DNA from: Armatimonadota bacterium
Lineage (GTDB): Bacteria > Armatimonadota > HRBIN16
NCBI GenBank assembly: GCA_963677485.1
Contig: OY781964.1
Coordinates: 4,256,001 to 4,320,000 of the forward strand
Reading direction: 5' to 3'
DNA length: 64,000 nucleotides
The notes under the pieces were generated by a model, which saw nothing but the letters and a program-made list of their open reading frames with translations, was not told the DNA's origin and made no database searches. Position numbers and translations under genes: made by a program. The stretch's first letter is position 1; each line of letters starts with the position of its first letter. Shown here piece after piece: positions 30,496-40,881 of this stretch.

Positions 30496-31064
30496 CGACT
30501 CATATCATCGCAACCCGGTCATATCAAACTCCGAGGGCTGGAATTCATACCGCACCCATTTCTAAGGTAGTCATTTGGCGTAATACTGTATCGAGCGAAT
30601 TCCAGCTTTTCCTGTCGCTAGCTGCCCTTGATGATGACATAACTCTTGCCCTGTATCGGCTTGTCACACGCAGCTTCGCCATTTGGGGGTTATCCACCTT
30701 ATGAAACCAAACGATGAACGCTCACTAATTGCGCGTCCATCGACTAGAACGAGTATTTGTCATTACACATATTGTTTGATGGTATCGTGCGATTTCCTAG
30801 ATATGGTCATGTACAGAGTTCATTCGAACAAATTACCGTGGATCTTAGCCTCCAGATACAAATGTAATCATAGATGATGGAGCACCTCAATCATGTTTCC
30901 TTATGGTTTATCCTCAATATCTGGCGATATACACCCATCAATTTGACCGCGGGGCACTGTTGCTTTGCCATATCGCCTCATTGCCATAGAAATCAGCTAA
31001 TCCGTGACAACGGGATAGTATTTTAGCGTAATACTGTGTAGAGCGTATAACTGATGTTCCTGGA

Positions 31065-32180
31065 GTGGCGTTTGTGAATTATCAACGGCCCGTGACTCTT
31101 CGCGAGTGGGGTATGGACTCGCCAAAGTGTGCAGGTTGCCCACAGAGGGTGCTTCTCGTGCTGTGCTTTGTGTTGATGTGCACAGCTTTACTATCAGGGT
31201 GCCGTCCTCAGCATTACATCGTAAAGCCTTCTTCGGCTTCCTCCATAAGAGAGTCGGCCAGTAACAAAGGCCAGTCACCAATGATAGGTCACGTACAGGT
31301 TGGAGCCTTTGCACCCGAATCTGCCGGGCTGTATGGTATCAAGAACGTCTCGCTAGCGGCGCTTGATAATGAGAAAACCTATGCCCTGTATCGGCTTGCC
31401 ATACGAAACACATATGGTGCGGAGCTATCGGACATGAACTACCTTGGGGTAGGATCCGTGGGATGGGAGCATCGGATGGGCATTTTTCGCAGGTGGCTAT
31501 TCCGAGCTTCGGCATACGGTGACCCCACCATCGCCATAGAGCCGACCGGCCCTGAGCAGTTTGGTGCATTTGCCGATACACCTGAAATGCGTGAACTAAG
31601 GTCGATATTCAGGGATGCGGATATAGCGGGTATCATCGTTTGGGTGCGGTTTGCCTCCGAGTGTAATCTGCGAAAAAGTGTCTATTCGGTCTACTATAAC
31701 AAGCTCAAAATCGCACAATACCGCAGTAAAGTGCGTTGGTTTCATGCGTATATGCCCGCGAATGCTCGGTTGGTGTTCAGCCCTCTGGTGAATACGGTCG
31801 CTTTAAAGCAACCTCAGCAACTCAATACTATACGCTCGATGTATGAACCTGGCGTCTATGCACGCATCGGAGGAACCCTCTACGCCACCCAATGGATAGA
31901 CCCTAATAAAGCCTTTGCCTGGTATCATACCTTTATGCGGCGTTTGGATGCCACCACTCCATTTCAAATATGCGAACTAGGCGGTACGCACAGCAAGAAG
32001 GCGCAATTATTGGAATTCCTCACAAAACTATCGAAGCAGACCTGGCCGGATGTTCAAAGGGTGAACCTGTTTGCGGGGGAGTTGAACTCCCGAGCTACCA
32101 CCGAACAAGGTCGGTTTGGTTTTGTGGATGAAGGTCAGCAGACGAGTTATATCATGAGCCTGTTTAGCAAAAATGATTGA
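31065..32180 (+). CDS. Putative lipoprotein with a GH26-like TIM-barrel domain (start uncertain)
   Basis: Lipobox-like LSG-C. WVRFASECN and FQICELG resemble the GH26 catalytic Glu motifs. Confidence 0.55.
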   Translation: MAFVNYQRPVTLREWGMDSPKCAGCPQRVLLVLCFVLMCTALLSGCRPQHYIVKPSSASSIRESASNKGQSPMIGHVQVGAFAPESAGLYGIKNVSLAALDNEKTYALYRLAIRNTYGAELSDMNYLGVGSVGWEHRMGIFRRWLFRASAYGDPTIAIEPTGPEQFGAFADTPEMRELRSIFRDADIAGIIVWVRFASECNLRKSVYSVYYNKLKIAQYRSKVRWFHAYMPANARLVFSPLVNTVALKQPQQLNTIRSMYEPGVYARIGGTLYATQWIDPNKAFAWYHTFMRRLDATTPFQICELGGTHSKKAQLLEFLTKLSKQTWPDVQRVNLFAGELNSRATTEQGRFGFVDEGQQTSYIMSLFSKND

Positions 32181-32201
32181 TAGATTGTTTGGCGTCTGAG
32201 A

Positions 32202-33974
32202 TTGTTGAGAATGGTGAAAAACCGGGTCCCGCCGTGGCGTAAACTCGTCATACTGTTGATCGCTATGTTGATTTTACGTACTGGCATCAACTACATGTGG
32301 CGAAACGACGAAGGGACCACTTTAGGATTTGGTTCGAGCGCATCAATGATCTCGCGCCAACCTGTTGAGATTGATGCCGAGTTGCTGGCACCTGGACAAC
32401 TAGTTTGTTCACGGGATTTGATGTATCTGCGAACGAAGTATCAGCGGGCTCTACGCTCGGAGAACTGGGCGCCCAGACGGAACCGTGCCCAACTCATGCA
32501 AAACACGATCGAGTTTATCGGCGATGTACGGCGTAGGTACCCACAGGTGACCTTTTACCGTTGTGCAGGCAACTCCAAGAAGCTCCGGCTGATCCCTGTG
32601 CGATGGGAGGAATCCATCCATGTCAAGAAGACACTCGATACGGATGTGACGGTCGTCGGCGCTGAACTCTCTTCGCTTGCTACTGCCATAGCTGCTGCGG
32701 AGCGTGGATTTCGGGTGGTGGTGTTATATGCGGGACCGCTGGGCGGGTTATCATCGGACACAGGTGGGAACCTTCGTTTCTTTGACAACATTGCGCCCAC
32801 TACACACCCGCAGGCGCAGCACATTCTCTTTCGTCAGGGACTGCGGATCAGCAACTGGACTGCAATCCCTCTCGATGTCGATTCGCGGCTGGCTGAATAC
32901 CTCGCACAAAAGTATGCGGGACGGATTACGCTCATTAAGACGGCATCCTATGATTCGATCCACGTGAACCGTCAGGGAAACAACCTTCGGGATGTGCTGA
33001 CCCAGGAGGGCTGCAGGATCCGCTCACGCAGATATATTGATATGGACCCGGAAGCGCGTGTCACTGAAAAAAGAGGTGTCGCAATGGATACCGATACCCA
33101 GCATCTGTCGTATGGGTTAGTTTTTGATGTGATAGGGCTTTCGGCAGCGGACTGGGAGGCGCTCAGCAGCCACGCGAAACTGAGTGCTGACACGCTGATG
33201 ACATTAGCTGGTGTCTCGTTGTCGGAAGTATTAGCCAAACCTGATTCAGCCCGTTCCTATAAACTACTGCAACGTAAATTGCAGCATGATTTCTGCCGTG
33301 ATGGTGGATGCTACCGTTATGGCTACAGTGCTCTGGCGCAGGGCTTCAACTTCTATATGCAGTGTCGTGGTATCGCAGAACCTCAAAATCGCGATTTACG
33401 CTGGTTAAACTCCCGAAGATGCGTGAGCGGATTCAATATCGGCGTCTACAAAGATTTCGCCAACTTCAACAGTGTGAGTTACAAGTTCAGGAAGAGCTAC
33501 CTGCAGCAATCCCACAGCCTACATTCCGATACTGAGTTTGCGCCGATCTGCCATACCGAAGCACCAGCACTACAAGACTATTTTCGATATGTGACGGGGA
33601 ACTCGATGCTGACCGTGCGTATCCCTGACCAATTCTACATCCGCTCCGCCAGCGCGTTTTTCAAGACACTGCATCCTTACGAACCTGGTGAGTTCAACCA
33701 CGAATCCGGTAGCGGGTATCGGACATTTTACCCCATGGACCTTCGTGATTTATCAGCGCGGGATCGATATAGCTGGCGGACCATAGAGCGATATATAAAA
33801 ATCGCCCGGGGAAAGCACCTGTGGAGTTGTCGACCGTCAGCCACAACGACTTCGGTGCAGAACCTATACATTGTCAACAAGTGCGGGGTGACGCCTGCGT
33901 TTTTTGGTGGACAGAGGATCGAAGGTAACCAAACGAATATGGGCTGTGCATTGGTGAACAGCTTCAGCAGGTGA
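32202..33974 (+). CDS. Membrane-anchored FAD-dependent oxidoreductase-like protein
   Basis: N-terminal TM segment. DVTVVGAELSSLATAIAAAERG...LGG is a degenerate Rossmann motif. Confidence 0.6.
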   Translation: MLRMVKNRVPPWRKLVILLIAMLILRTGINYMWRNDEGTTLGFGSSASMISRQPVEIDAELLAPGQLVCSRDLMYLRTKYQRALRSENWAPRRNRAQLMQNTIEFIGDVRRRYPQVTFYRCAGNSKKLRLIPVRWEESIHVKKTLDTDVTVVGAELSSLATAIAAAERGFRVVVLYAGPLGGLSSDTGGNLRFFDNIAPTTHPQAQHILFRQGLRISNWTAIPLDVDSRLAEYLAQKYAGRITLIKTASYDSIHVNRQGNNLRDVLTQEGCRIRSRRYIDMDPEARVTEKRGVAMDTDTQHLSYGLVFDVIGLSAADWEALSSHAKLSADTLMTLAGVSLSEVLAKPDSARSYKLLQRKLQHDFCRDGGCYRYGYSALAQGFNFYMQCRGIAEPQNRDLRWLNSRRCVSGFNIGVYKDFANFNSVSYKFRKSYLQQSHSLHSDTEFAPICHTEAPALQDYFRYVTGNSMLTVRIPDQFYIRSASAFFKTLHPYEPGEFNHESGSGYRTFYPMDLRDLSARDRYSWRTIERYIKIARGKHLWSCRPSATTTSVQNLYIVNKCGVTPAFFGGQRIEGNQTNMGCALVNSFSR

Positions 33975-33976
33975 TG

Positions 33977-35050
33977 CTATGAAGCTATCGGCAGCACAAA
34001 CCTTACGGTAGTGCCTACACCTACTGCGCTATCAATCCATATGCGACCACCCATGCTCTTCACAGCCAGTCGGCAGAAGGTGAGTCCTAAGCCTGAACTA
34101 GCCGCACCCGCTTTGCGTGCATCCATCTGTGTGTATTTGTCGAACACTTTACCAGCCCATTCGGAGTCAATGCCTGGTCCTTTGTCACTGACCGAAATCT
34201 GAGCTGTCCCATCAAGAAGCTGCTCTGCCAGGATGTCCACCACACTGTTTTCTGGGCTGAATTTCAAGGCATTGCTCAGCAGATTGACCATGACACGGGT
34301 GAGGATGGCAGGATCAGCCATGACGTGGAGGGGTTCAGCAGGCGCATGAAACTGGATATCGACACGGTTCTGTTTTGACCACAAAGCCACTTGTTGTTGA
34401 GCATCTTCAAAAATATCAGTGATAAGCACAGCCTTGGGCTGCAGTTTAAGTTTTTTTGATTCCAGCCTGGGTAAATCCAGCAGGGAGTTGATCATCCACA
34501 TAAGCCTGTCGGCCGAGATGAGGGAGATGTTCACCATCTCCTTGCCGGTGTCATCAAGCTGGTCACCCGAAATCATCTCAAGCGTCAGCAAGCCGGTCTT
34601 TACATTAGTCAAAGGTGATCTGAGGTCATGAACGATGAACTGTGTTAACTCGTCTTGACGCCGTCTGCTGTATAAAATGAGCGAGATTCCATAGGTAAGG
34701 AGAAGGAACACAACCAGCTTCAGAATCATGTCTACCCCGACGATGCTCAGCCGGGCCAGTGCCTGGTTTGCATAGTCCGAGTGCGTCGCTAACGCTGAGG
34801 CTGCGAATAACTCGGCGGCCGTCCACGCAAAAGCACTAAATATGGAAAGAATAAACGCATAGTATTCATGGCTTAATACGGCTGCTGTGACGATGGGAAT
34901 AAAATAGAATACCATCAAGTCAACATCGGTATCATAGTCAACTATGGCCAGCACGAGCATCAGCAGGAAGCTGAAGACGCCCCAGAACACGCGTGCGGCT
35001 TTAGTTTGAAGATAGAGATGTTGTTGTATGGTCTTGAGTGTGTTTTTCAT
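33977..35050 (-). CDS. Membrane sensor histidine kinase
   Basis: 4 TM segments, HDLRSPL H-box, NLLSNALKF, DKGPGI, GLGLTFC. Confidence 0.93.
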   Translation of the reverse strand: MKNTLKTIQQHLYLQTKAARVFWGVFSFLLMLVLAIVDYDTDVDLMVFYFIPIVTAAVLSHEYYAFILSIFSAFAWTAAELFAASALATHSDYANQALARLSIVGVDMILKLVVFLLLTYGISLILYSRRRQDELTQFIVHDLRSPLTNVKTGLLTLEMISGDQLDDTGKEMVNISLISADRLMWMINSLLDLPRLESKKLKLQPKAVLITDIFEDAQQQVALWSKQNRVDIQFHAPAEPLHVMADPAILTRVMVNLLSNALKFSPENSVVDILAEQLLDGTAQISVSDKGPGIDSEWAGKVFDKYTQMDARKAGAASSGLGLTFCRLAVKSMGGRIWIDSAVGVGTTVRFVLPIAS

Positions 35051-35128
35051 TACATTTTATTGTAAGCGCAATATCGGCTGGTGTATAGGGTAAAACACTC
35101 TTTGAGGTAAAATTAGATTAGGAGAGTG

Positions 35129-35707
35129 ATGACCATGTCAGATGATCTATCTATGATGTTTACCGGGGTATCGAAAAATTACCCGGTGGTTTTATACGGT
35201 AACGAGATTCTACGGCAACCGACCGTCCAGGTTCGCAAGGTCGACAGTGAGATACGCCTGCTCGTCAGCCGAATGAGGACGATCATGACCGAAGCCAACG
35301 GCATCGGCCTGGCAGCACCGCAAGTCGGTGTATCGAAAAGTGTGATTGTGTATATGGACTTCATGCAGGGAGACGAGCCAGTAGTAAAGGCTCTAGTCAA
35401 TCCTGAAGTCGTGAAATTCAGCGAAGAGACAGAGCCGTTTGATGAGGGCTGCCTGAGCATGCCTGAACTGCGCGCGACGGTGATCCGGCCCAGCGAAGTG
35501 TGGGTGAAGGGTATGGACATGACCGGACGCACCATCCGCGTGAAGGCTCATGGCCTGACCGCGAGGGTGCTCCAGCACGAAATCGACCACTTGTCTGGTA
35601 AGCTGTTCATCGACATTGCCGACCCCAACAGCTTCTATTGGCTTGGTGACGAAGCAGAACCGGAAGAAGAGCAAGAACTAGAGCAAGAGCAAGCAGCAGT
35701 GTTATAG
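35129..35707 (+). CDS. def: Peptide deformylase
   Basis: GIGLAAPQVG, EGCLS, QHEIDHL. Confidence 0.96.
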   Translation: MTMSDDLSMMFTGVSKNYPVVLYGNEILRQPTVQVRKVDSEIRLLVSRMRTIMTEANGIGLAAPQVGVSKSVIVYMDFMQGDEPVVKALVNPEVVKFSEETEPFDEGCLSMPELRATVIRPSEVWVKGMDMTGRTIRVKAHGLTARVLQHEIDHLSGKLFIDIADPNSFYWLGDEAEPEEEQELEQEQAAVL

Positions 35708-36672
35708 TGGCTAGAATCATCTTCTTTGGGTCCACCGGCTTCTCAGTGCCCAGTCTGCAACAACTAGTGCAGGCTGGGCATCACTTGGTTGCAGTAGTCA
35801 CACAACCCGACCGTCCCTCCGGCAGGGGACTTAAGATGCAGGCCACACCGGTCAAACACCTGGCGGAGGAGCTTGGCATCACGGTGTTCCAGCCTGAGCG
35901 GTGCCGATCCAAACGCTTTATCGATCAGATGGAATCACTGGAACCTGATCTGCTGGTGACGGCGGCCTTTGGTCAGATACTGCCCCAGCGCTTGCTTGAT
36001 GCAGCACGATCAGGATACGCGCTCAATGTGCATGCCTCACTGCTGCCCAAATACCGCGGCGCTGCACCAATACATCGGGCGATCATGGATGGTGAGGTGG
36101 AAACCGGTGTGGGCGTCATGCAGATGGTAGCAAAGCTGGATGCCGGCGATGTGTATGCGAGTGTCTCACGGCCGATTTTGCCGGAATATGACGTGCACAT
36201 TCTAGAATCACTGCTTGCCGATGATGGTGCAAAGCTGCTGGTGCAGACGATTGATGAGCTGTTGGCCGGACGAGCCAACCCCATCCCACAGGATGAGAAT
36301 CTGGTGACATATGCTCAGATGATGACTCGTCAGGACGCCTGCATCGACTGGCAACAGTCCGCAACACGCTGTTTTGGGCGTATGCGGGCGATGTCACCCA
36401 AACCAGGTGCGGAGTTCGCATGGAACGGCAAAGGCGTCAAACTGTGGCAGGCAGCCGTGATGCCTGAGACGAGTTCAGAACCCGCCGGGACGGTGGTGGC
36501 GGTGAATAAACAGAGCATCTGCGTGGCATGCGGTGAAGGATGCCTGGAGATATTCGAAGTGCAGCCGGCAGGTAAAGCACGCATGGGTGTGATATCTTGG
36601 ATGAACGGATCAAGGGTGAAGCAGGGCGATCTGCTGCAATCTCACCCCGATGTTGGAAAGGCGGACAGTTAA
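35707..36672 (+). CDS. fmt: Methionyl-tRNA formyltransferase
   Basis: VVTQPDRPSGRG, NVHASLLPKYRGAAPI, LDAGD. Confidence 0.96.
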   Translation: MARIIFFGSTGFSVPSLQQLVQAGHHLVAVVTQPDRPSGRGLKMQATPVKHLAEELGITVFQPERCRSKRFIDQMESLEPDLLVTAAFGQILPQRLLDAARSGYALNVHASLLPKYRGAAPIHRAIMDGEVETGVGVMQMVAKLDAGDVYASVSRPILPEYDVHILESLLADDGAKLLVQTIDELLAGRANPIPQDENLVTYAQMMTRQDACIDWQQSATRCFGRMRAMSPKPGAEFAWNGKGVKLWQAAVMPETSSEPAGTVVAVNKQSICVACGEGCLEIFEVQPAGKARMGVISWMNGSRVKQGDLLQSHPDVGKADS

Positions 36673-38021
36673 TGAGCACCGAAACGCAGAGCACGGACCA
36701 TCAGACATTTCACGTGCCATATGAATATTACAAGTTAGATAATGGTCTGCGGGTGGTGCTTTCACCCGACCATCTGGTACCTGTGGTGGCGAACGTGGTT
36801 CTTTACGATGTGGGGGCGCGCAATGAGCAGTTAGGACGCACTGGCTTCGCCCATCTATTCGAACACATGATGTTCCAAGGTTCCGAGAACGTGCCGAAGG
36901 GTGAGTTCTTCAAGTGCGTGGAAGATAACGGCGGACTGATGAACGGCATGACCAGCAATGACTTTACGATTTATTATGAAGTGATGCCGGGGAACCAGAT
37001 GGAGCTGGCTTTATGGCTAGAGGCTGACCGTATGCGCGCACTGCAGGTAGATCAGGACAACCTGGACAACCAGCGTGATGTGGTGAAAGAGGAAAAGCGT
37101 CTCCGTTACGACAACCAACCATATGTGTATGCCATCTACGAACTGCTGATGGACAAGTTGTTCAAGAACTTCGCCAACGCGCACACCGTGATTGGCAGCA
37201 TGGATGACCTGAACGCGGCCACCCTTGCGGATGTTCAGAGTTTCTGGCGCACCTATTATGCCGTGAACAACGCCATCTTGGTTCTTGCCGGTGATTTCGA
37301 TGTCGACGAAGCCAAGCTGATGATAGAGAAGCACTTCGGCAGCATGAAGCCGGAAGTGCGGCCAGCAAACCCGGATTTCTCAGAACCAGAACGCGCTGAG
37401 CCGGAGAGCATGGACTACACTGACCCGCTGGCCGCGGTACCGGTGCTGGCGAGTGCGGTGATCGTGTGCGATGCGCTTAGTGATGATGCGCCTGCGCTCA
37501 CGCTGCTGGAACGGCTGCTGCTGGAGGGCGAGAATGCCCGGCTGCACCAACGGTTGGTGAAGAACGACCAGAGCTGTGCCTCCATTGGCGGTGGGTATGA
37601 TATGCGTCGCGGCCCTGGGTGCTTCCAGTTCATCGCGATGCTGAACCCTGGGGCGGAGTTCGGCACGGTGCTGGAGGCCATCCAGCAGGAGTTGCAACTT
37701 ATTGCGCAGCACGGCGTGAAACCTGAAGAGCTGGTGCGTATGAAGACGGCCGCCATGGCCCAGCGCTTTAATAGCGGCTTCGCGGGCACCGGCGGGCTTC
37801 AGACACCTCAAGGACGCGCATTTGAGCTGGGACTTCATACCCTCATCTCAAGCGATCCTGGGTTGATAAATACGGATATCCAACGCCTGTATGGCGTGAC
37901 GTCTGAACAGATTCAAGCGGTGGCGGCGAAATACTTCCAACCGGATAAGTATGTCACGGTGAATGTGCTGCCTGGTGCCGGTATGACTGACTCACCCGAG
38001 GAGGATGAAAATGACCGTTAA
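36672..38021 (+). CDS. M16-family zinc peptidase, catalytic subunit
   Basis: GFAHLFEHMMFQGS (HXXEH), LEADRM, EEKRLR. Confidence 0.93.
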   Translation: MSTETQSTDHQTFHVPYEYYKLDNGLRVVLSPDHLVPVVANVVLYDVGARNEQLGRTGFAHLFEHMMFQGSENVPKGEFFKCVEDNGGLMNGMTSNDFTIYYEVMPGNQMELALWLEADRMRALQVDQDNLDNQRDVVKEEKRLRYDNQPYVYAIYELLMDKLFKNFANAHTVIGSMDDLNAATLADVQSFWRTYYAVNNAILVLAGDFDVDEAKLMIEKHFGSMKPEVRPANPDFSEPERAEPESMDYTDPLAAVPVLASAVIVCDALSDDAPALTLLERLLLEGENARLHQRLVKNDQSCASIGGGYDMRRGPGCFQFIAMLNPGAEFGTVLEAIQQELQLIAQHGVKPEELVRMKTAAMAQRFNSGFAGTGGLQTPQGRAFELGLHTLISSDPGLINTDIQRLYGVTSEQIQAVAAKYFQPDKYVTVNVLPGAGMTDSPEEDENDR

Positions 38022-39357
38022 AGCTGCAAGTATGCCTTCTGCAGGGCCCGTCAAACCGTTGAACCTGCCTCAGACTACCCGATTCACCCTGTCGAACGGG
38101 TTGAGCGTGGTGGCATTGCACATGCCGAATGTGCCGATCGTGACGATGCAGATGAGTATCCTGGCCGGAGACGCGTATAGCCCAGCGGGGATGGGCGGTC
38201 TGTATGGCGCAGTGTGCCGCTTGCTGACGCAAGGCTGTGGCGATTTGGATGCAGTGGCTTTCTCACAGCGTCTGGATGACTATGGAGCCAGCCTTCAGGC
38301 TCACGGCGGCGTCGATTTCGCCGGTATTGGCGGCTCCTGCCTGGCGGAATATCTGCCGGACTATCTGAAGCTAGCGGCTCTGATGATCACAGCCCCTCGT
38401 TTCGATGAGCAAGAAGTGATGATCGACCAGCAGAACACCCTGCAAGAGTTGGCCTACATGCGCTCTCTGCCCAGTGTGATGGCCAGGCAATACTTCAACA
38501 GTGCACTGTATGGTGACCATCCTTATGGAGCCATGCTTCCCAGCGACGAACAGGTGATGGCCGCTGGTGCGGAGCAGCTACGAAGTGCTCACAAACTGCG
38601 CTACGTGCCGCAGGGAGCCACTCTTGTCGTCGTAGGGCAATATGATCCATCTTCACTGCTCGAGACGGTGCAAGCCGCTTTCGGTGAATGGGCTGGGGCA
38701 CCTGATGGGGCCACTTTGACATCTGTACCGAGTGTGGCAGGTAAACAGCGGGTCATACTGGTCGATCGGCCCGGTTCGGTGCAGGTAGACCTGAAGATAG
38801 GGCAGCTAGCCGTGGCGGGGGACTACCCAAACAACCATCAGCTTAGTCTGTTCAATGCAGCCTTTGGTGGTCGCGCAGGTTCTGTGCTGTTCATGAACGT
38901 GCGTGAGAAGCACGGCTACGCTTATAGTGTTGGCAGCTCCTTTGGTGTGAATGCCGTGAGCGGGCAGTTCAGTATGAGTGCGCAAGTTCGTAACGATGTG
39001 GTCGGTGACGCGATCCGGCTGATGCTGGAGGAGCTGCACACCGCCTGTCACGATGGGTTAAGCAGCGAGCAACTGCAGGCCGCGAAGAACTACATTGATG
39101 GCCAGTTTTGCATCAGTACCAGCACTCAGAACGGCATCGCAGGCCGGGTGCTTCATATAGAACAGCATGGTCGACCTGAGGATGACCTTTATACCTACAG
39201 GCAGCGGATTCAACAGACCGATGCCACCGCACTGGTGCAGACGCTGAACAGCGTGCTGAACCCGGACATCAACCTGATCGTGGCGGTTGGTGATGCTGCA
39301 GCGATCAAGCCTCAGCTAGAACCCTACGGTGAAGTGACCGTTGTGAAACCTTCATGA
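38005..39357 (+). CDS. M16-family peptidase, non-catalytic partner subunit
   Basis: LSNGL, YGDHPYG, LFMNVREKHGYAY. Lacks HXXEH. Confidence 0.88.
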   Translation: MKMTVKAASMPSAGPVKPLNLPQTTRFTLSNGLSVVALHMPNVPIVTMQMSILAGDAYSPAGMGGLYGAVCRLLTQGCGDLDAVAFSQRLDDYGASLQAHGGVDFAGIGGSCLAEYLPDYLKLAALMITAPRFDEQEVMIDQQNTLQELAYMRSLPSVMARQYFNSALYGDHPYGAMLPSDEQVMAAGAEQLRSAHKLRYVPQGATLVVVGQYDPSSLLETVQAAFGEWAGAPDGATLTSVPSVAGKQRVILVDRPGSVQVDLKIGQLAVAGDYPNNHQLSLFNAAFGGRAGSVLFMNVREKHGYAYSVGSSFGVNAVSGQFSMSAQVRNDVVGDAIRLMLEELHTACHDGLSSEQLQAAKNYIDGQFCISTSTQNGIAGRVLHIEQHGRPEDDLYTYRQRIQQTDATALVQTLNSVLNPDINLIVAVGDAAAIKPQLEPYGEVTVVKPS

Positions 39358-40064
39358 CCATCGCGCCTCAAACTGAGCCGGTCAAGGGGTTGGTCACCGT
39401 GATTGTGCCCGTATATAACGAGCGCAAGACGGTAGAAACGCTTCTTGACCGGTTGTTCGAGGCCCCTTTTGAAAAACAGATCGTGGTGGTGGATGACGGC
39501 AGCACGGACGGCACCATCAGCGTGCTGCTTCAACGGCCGGGCATCACGCTGGTGCAGCATCCCAAAAACATTGGCAAGGGTATGGCCATCCGCAGCGGGA
39601 TCGCCCATGCGACTGGTGAAGTGTGCATCATTCAGGACGCGGACCTTGAATATTCCCCCGAAGAGATACCCAGTGTTGTCAAGCCGATCTTTGATGGTCA
39701 GGTAGACGTGGTGTATGGCAACCGCTTTTGGAACGGGCTGCCTAAAGACATGGCCTGGCCAAACAAGCTGGTGAACCGGCTGCTGGCGGCGATGGTCCGC
39801 GTGCTGTTCCGGGTTCCATTACAGGATGAAGCCACCTGTTATAAGGCGTTCCGAAGCTCGGTACTAAAGAGCGTGCCCTTGGATTGCCACCGATTTGAGT
39901 TCTGCCCGGAGGTCACCGCCAAGTTGCTCAGGCTAAATATACGGATCACCGAGGTGCCTCTGCAGAAATATCATCCGCGAACACATGCGGAGCACAAAAA
40001 AATCCGCTGGACCGACGGCGTAGAGGCGATCTGGACACTCATCCGCTACCGGTTCTGGAAGTGA
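39354..40064 (+). CDS. Glycosyltransferase family 2 (DPM1-like)
   Basis: VIVPVYNE, VDDGSTDGT, QDADLEYSP, TCYKAFR. Confidence 0.92.
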   Translation: MTIAPQTEPVKGLVTVIVPVYNERKTVETLLDRLFEAPFEKQIVVVDDGSTDGTISVLLQRPGITLVQHPKNIGKGMAIRSGIAHATGEVCIIQDADLEYSPEEIPSVVKPIFDGQVDVVYGNRFWNGLPKDMAWPNKLVNRLLAAMVRVLFRVPLQDEATCYKAFRSSVLKSVPLDCHRFEFCPEVTAKLLRLNIRITEVPLQKYHPRTHAEHKKIRWTDGVEAIWTLIRYRFWK

Positions 40065-40068
40065 TTTG

Positions 40069-40737
40069 ATGCCTGACCATCTCATGAGTTCGTGGCTGGC
40101 CAAAGTGAAGACCGACCTGCAGTTTGTCAAGTTTATAAACGCGGTCGGTTGCTGCACGGCGAAACCAATCCCCGCATGGCCGTTGTTTCCCAACCAGCAG
40201 CAGGCACTGGCTAGCATGGGGCTGTTTGATGTATGGTTCTGGAAAGATGATCTTCACACCGAAAAGAAGCTCTACTACACCCGGCTGTTTGGCGGGAAAC
40301 CTGGCTTTATCTCCAACGAAATGCTGCCCGCGTTTGTGGCCCGCTACGGCTGCGTGTTTGATGAGCTGCTGTTCCGTGGCGAACTGCCTGCTGGTGCCGT
40401 CGAAATATACCAATGTATCGAGCGTCATGGTCCGATCCCTATCCGTGAGTTGAACGCTCAGTTGAGTGCTGAGGCAAAGACCGGTGCTGATACCTATCTG
40501 CACTTACTCGACCGTAAGTTCCTCATCACCAAAAGCGGCATCACCGGCCGCACACGCGGCACCTATGGCTACATTTGGGACACTACCGAACGCTGGATGC
40601 CTGATGTGCTGCAGAGTGCCGGTAAACTGGGCAGTGAGCAGGCCATGCAGATCATCCGGGATCACATGCTGGCTTACGGCATCACACCGGAATGCAGCTT
40701 CTGGAAGCGTGTGATGGGCGAGACACCTTCACGGTAA
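40069..40737 (+). CDS. AlkZ-related winged-helix protein
   Basis: W.WKD.L...K..YY.RLFGGKPGFIS pattern followed by a wHTH-like segment (IERHGPIPIREL...LDRKFLI). Recognised from memory. Confidence 0.6.
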   Translation: MPDHLMSSWLAKVKTDLQFVKFINAVGCCTAKPIPAWPLFPNQQQALASMGLFDVWFWKDDLHTEKKLYYTRLFGGKPGFISNEMLPAFVARYGCVFDELLFRGELPAGAVEIYQCIERHGPIPIRELNAQLSAEAKTGADTYLHLLDRKFLITKSGITGRTRGTYGYIWDTTERWMPDVLQSAGKLGSEQAMQIIRDHMLAYGITPECSFWKRVMGETPSR

Positions 40738-40776
40738 TCGCGTCGTAAATCTTACCGAAATACCCCCAAAATAGTC

Positions 40777-40817
40777 TTGACACTAAAGATAAATTCATGT
40801 AGTATTATGTCTAGTGT
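40777..40817 (+). promoter_or_regulatory. Sigma70 promoter overlapped by an imperfect palindrome (putative operator)
   Basis: TTGACA (40777)-N17-TAGTAT (40800). Arms ACACTAAAGATAA (40780-40792) and TTATGTCTAGTGT (40805-40817) are 11/13 complementary. Confidence 0.7.
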
Positions 40818-40881
40818 TGGTATCGTCACCGCTCAGTACAACGCAACGGGGTAGTGGCTCCTAAATCCATCGGCAGAGGGT

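Larger units (their letters stand above)
29021..30755. repeat. ~94-bp direct repeat of the argS 5' end and leader (29021-29114 and 30663-30755)
   Basis: 33 identical bp GTCACACGCAGCTTCGCCATTTGGGGGTTATCC, then ~60 bp diverged but alignable. Confidence 0.92.

Noticed and set aside
30545-30682. 45-codon ORF starting from the duplicated argS start codon as a real gene
   Set aside because: Only the first 7 codons match argS and the rest has no recognisable features, so it is treated as part of the duplication scar.
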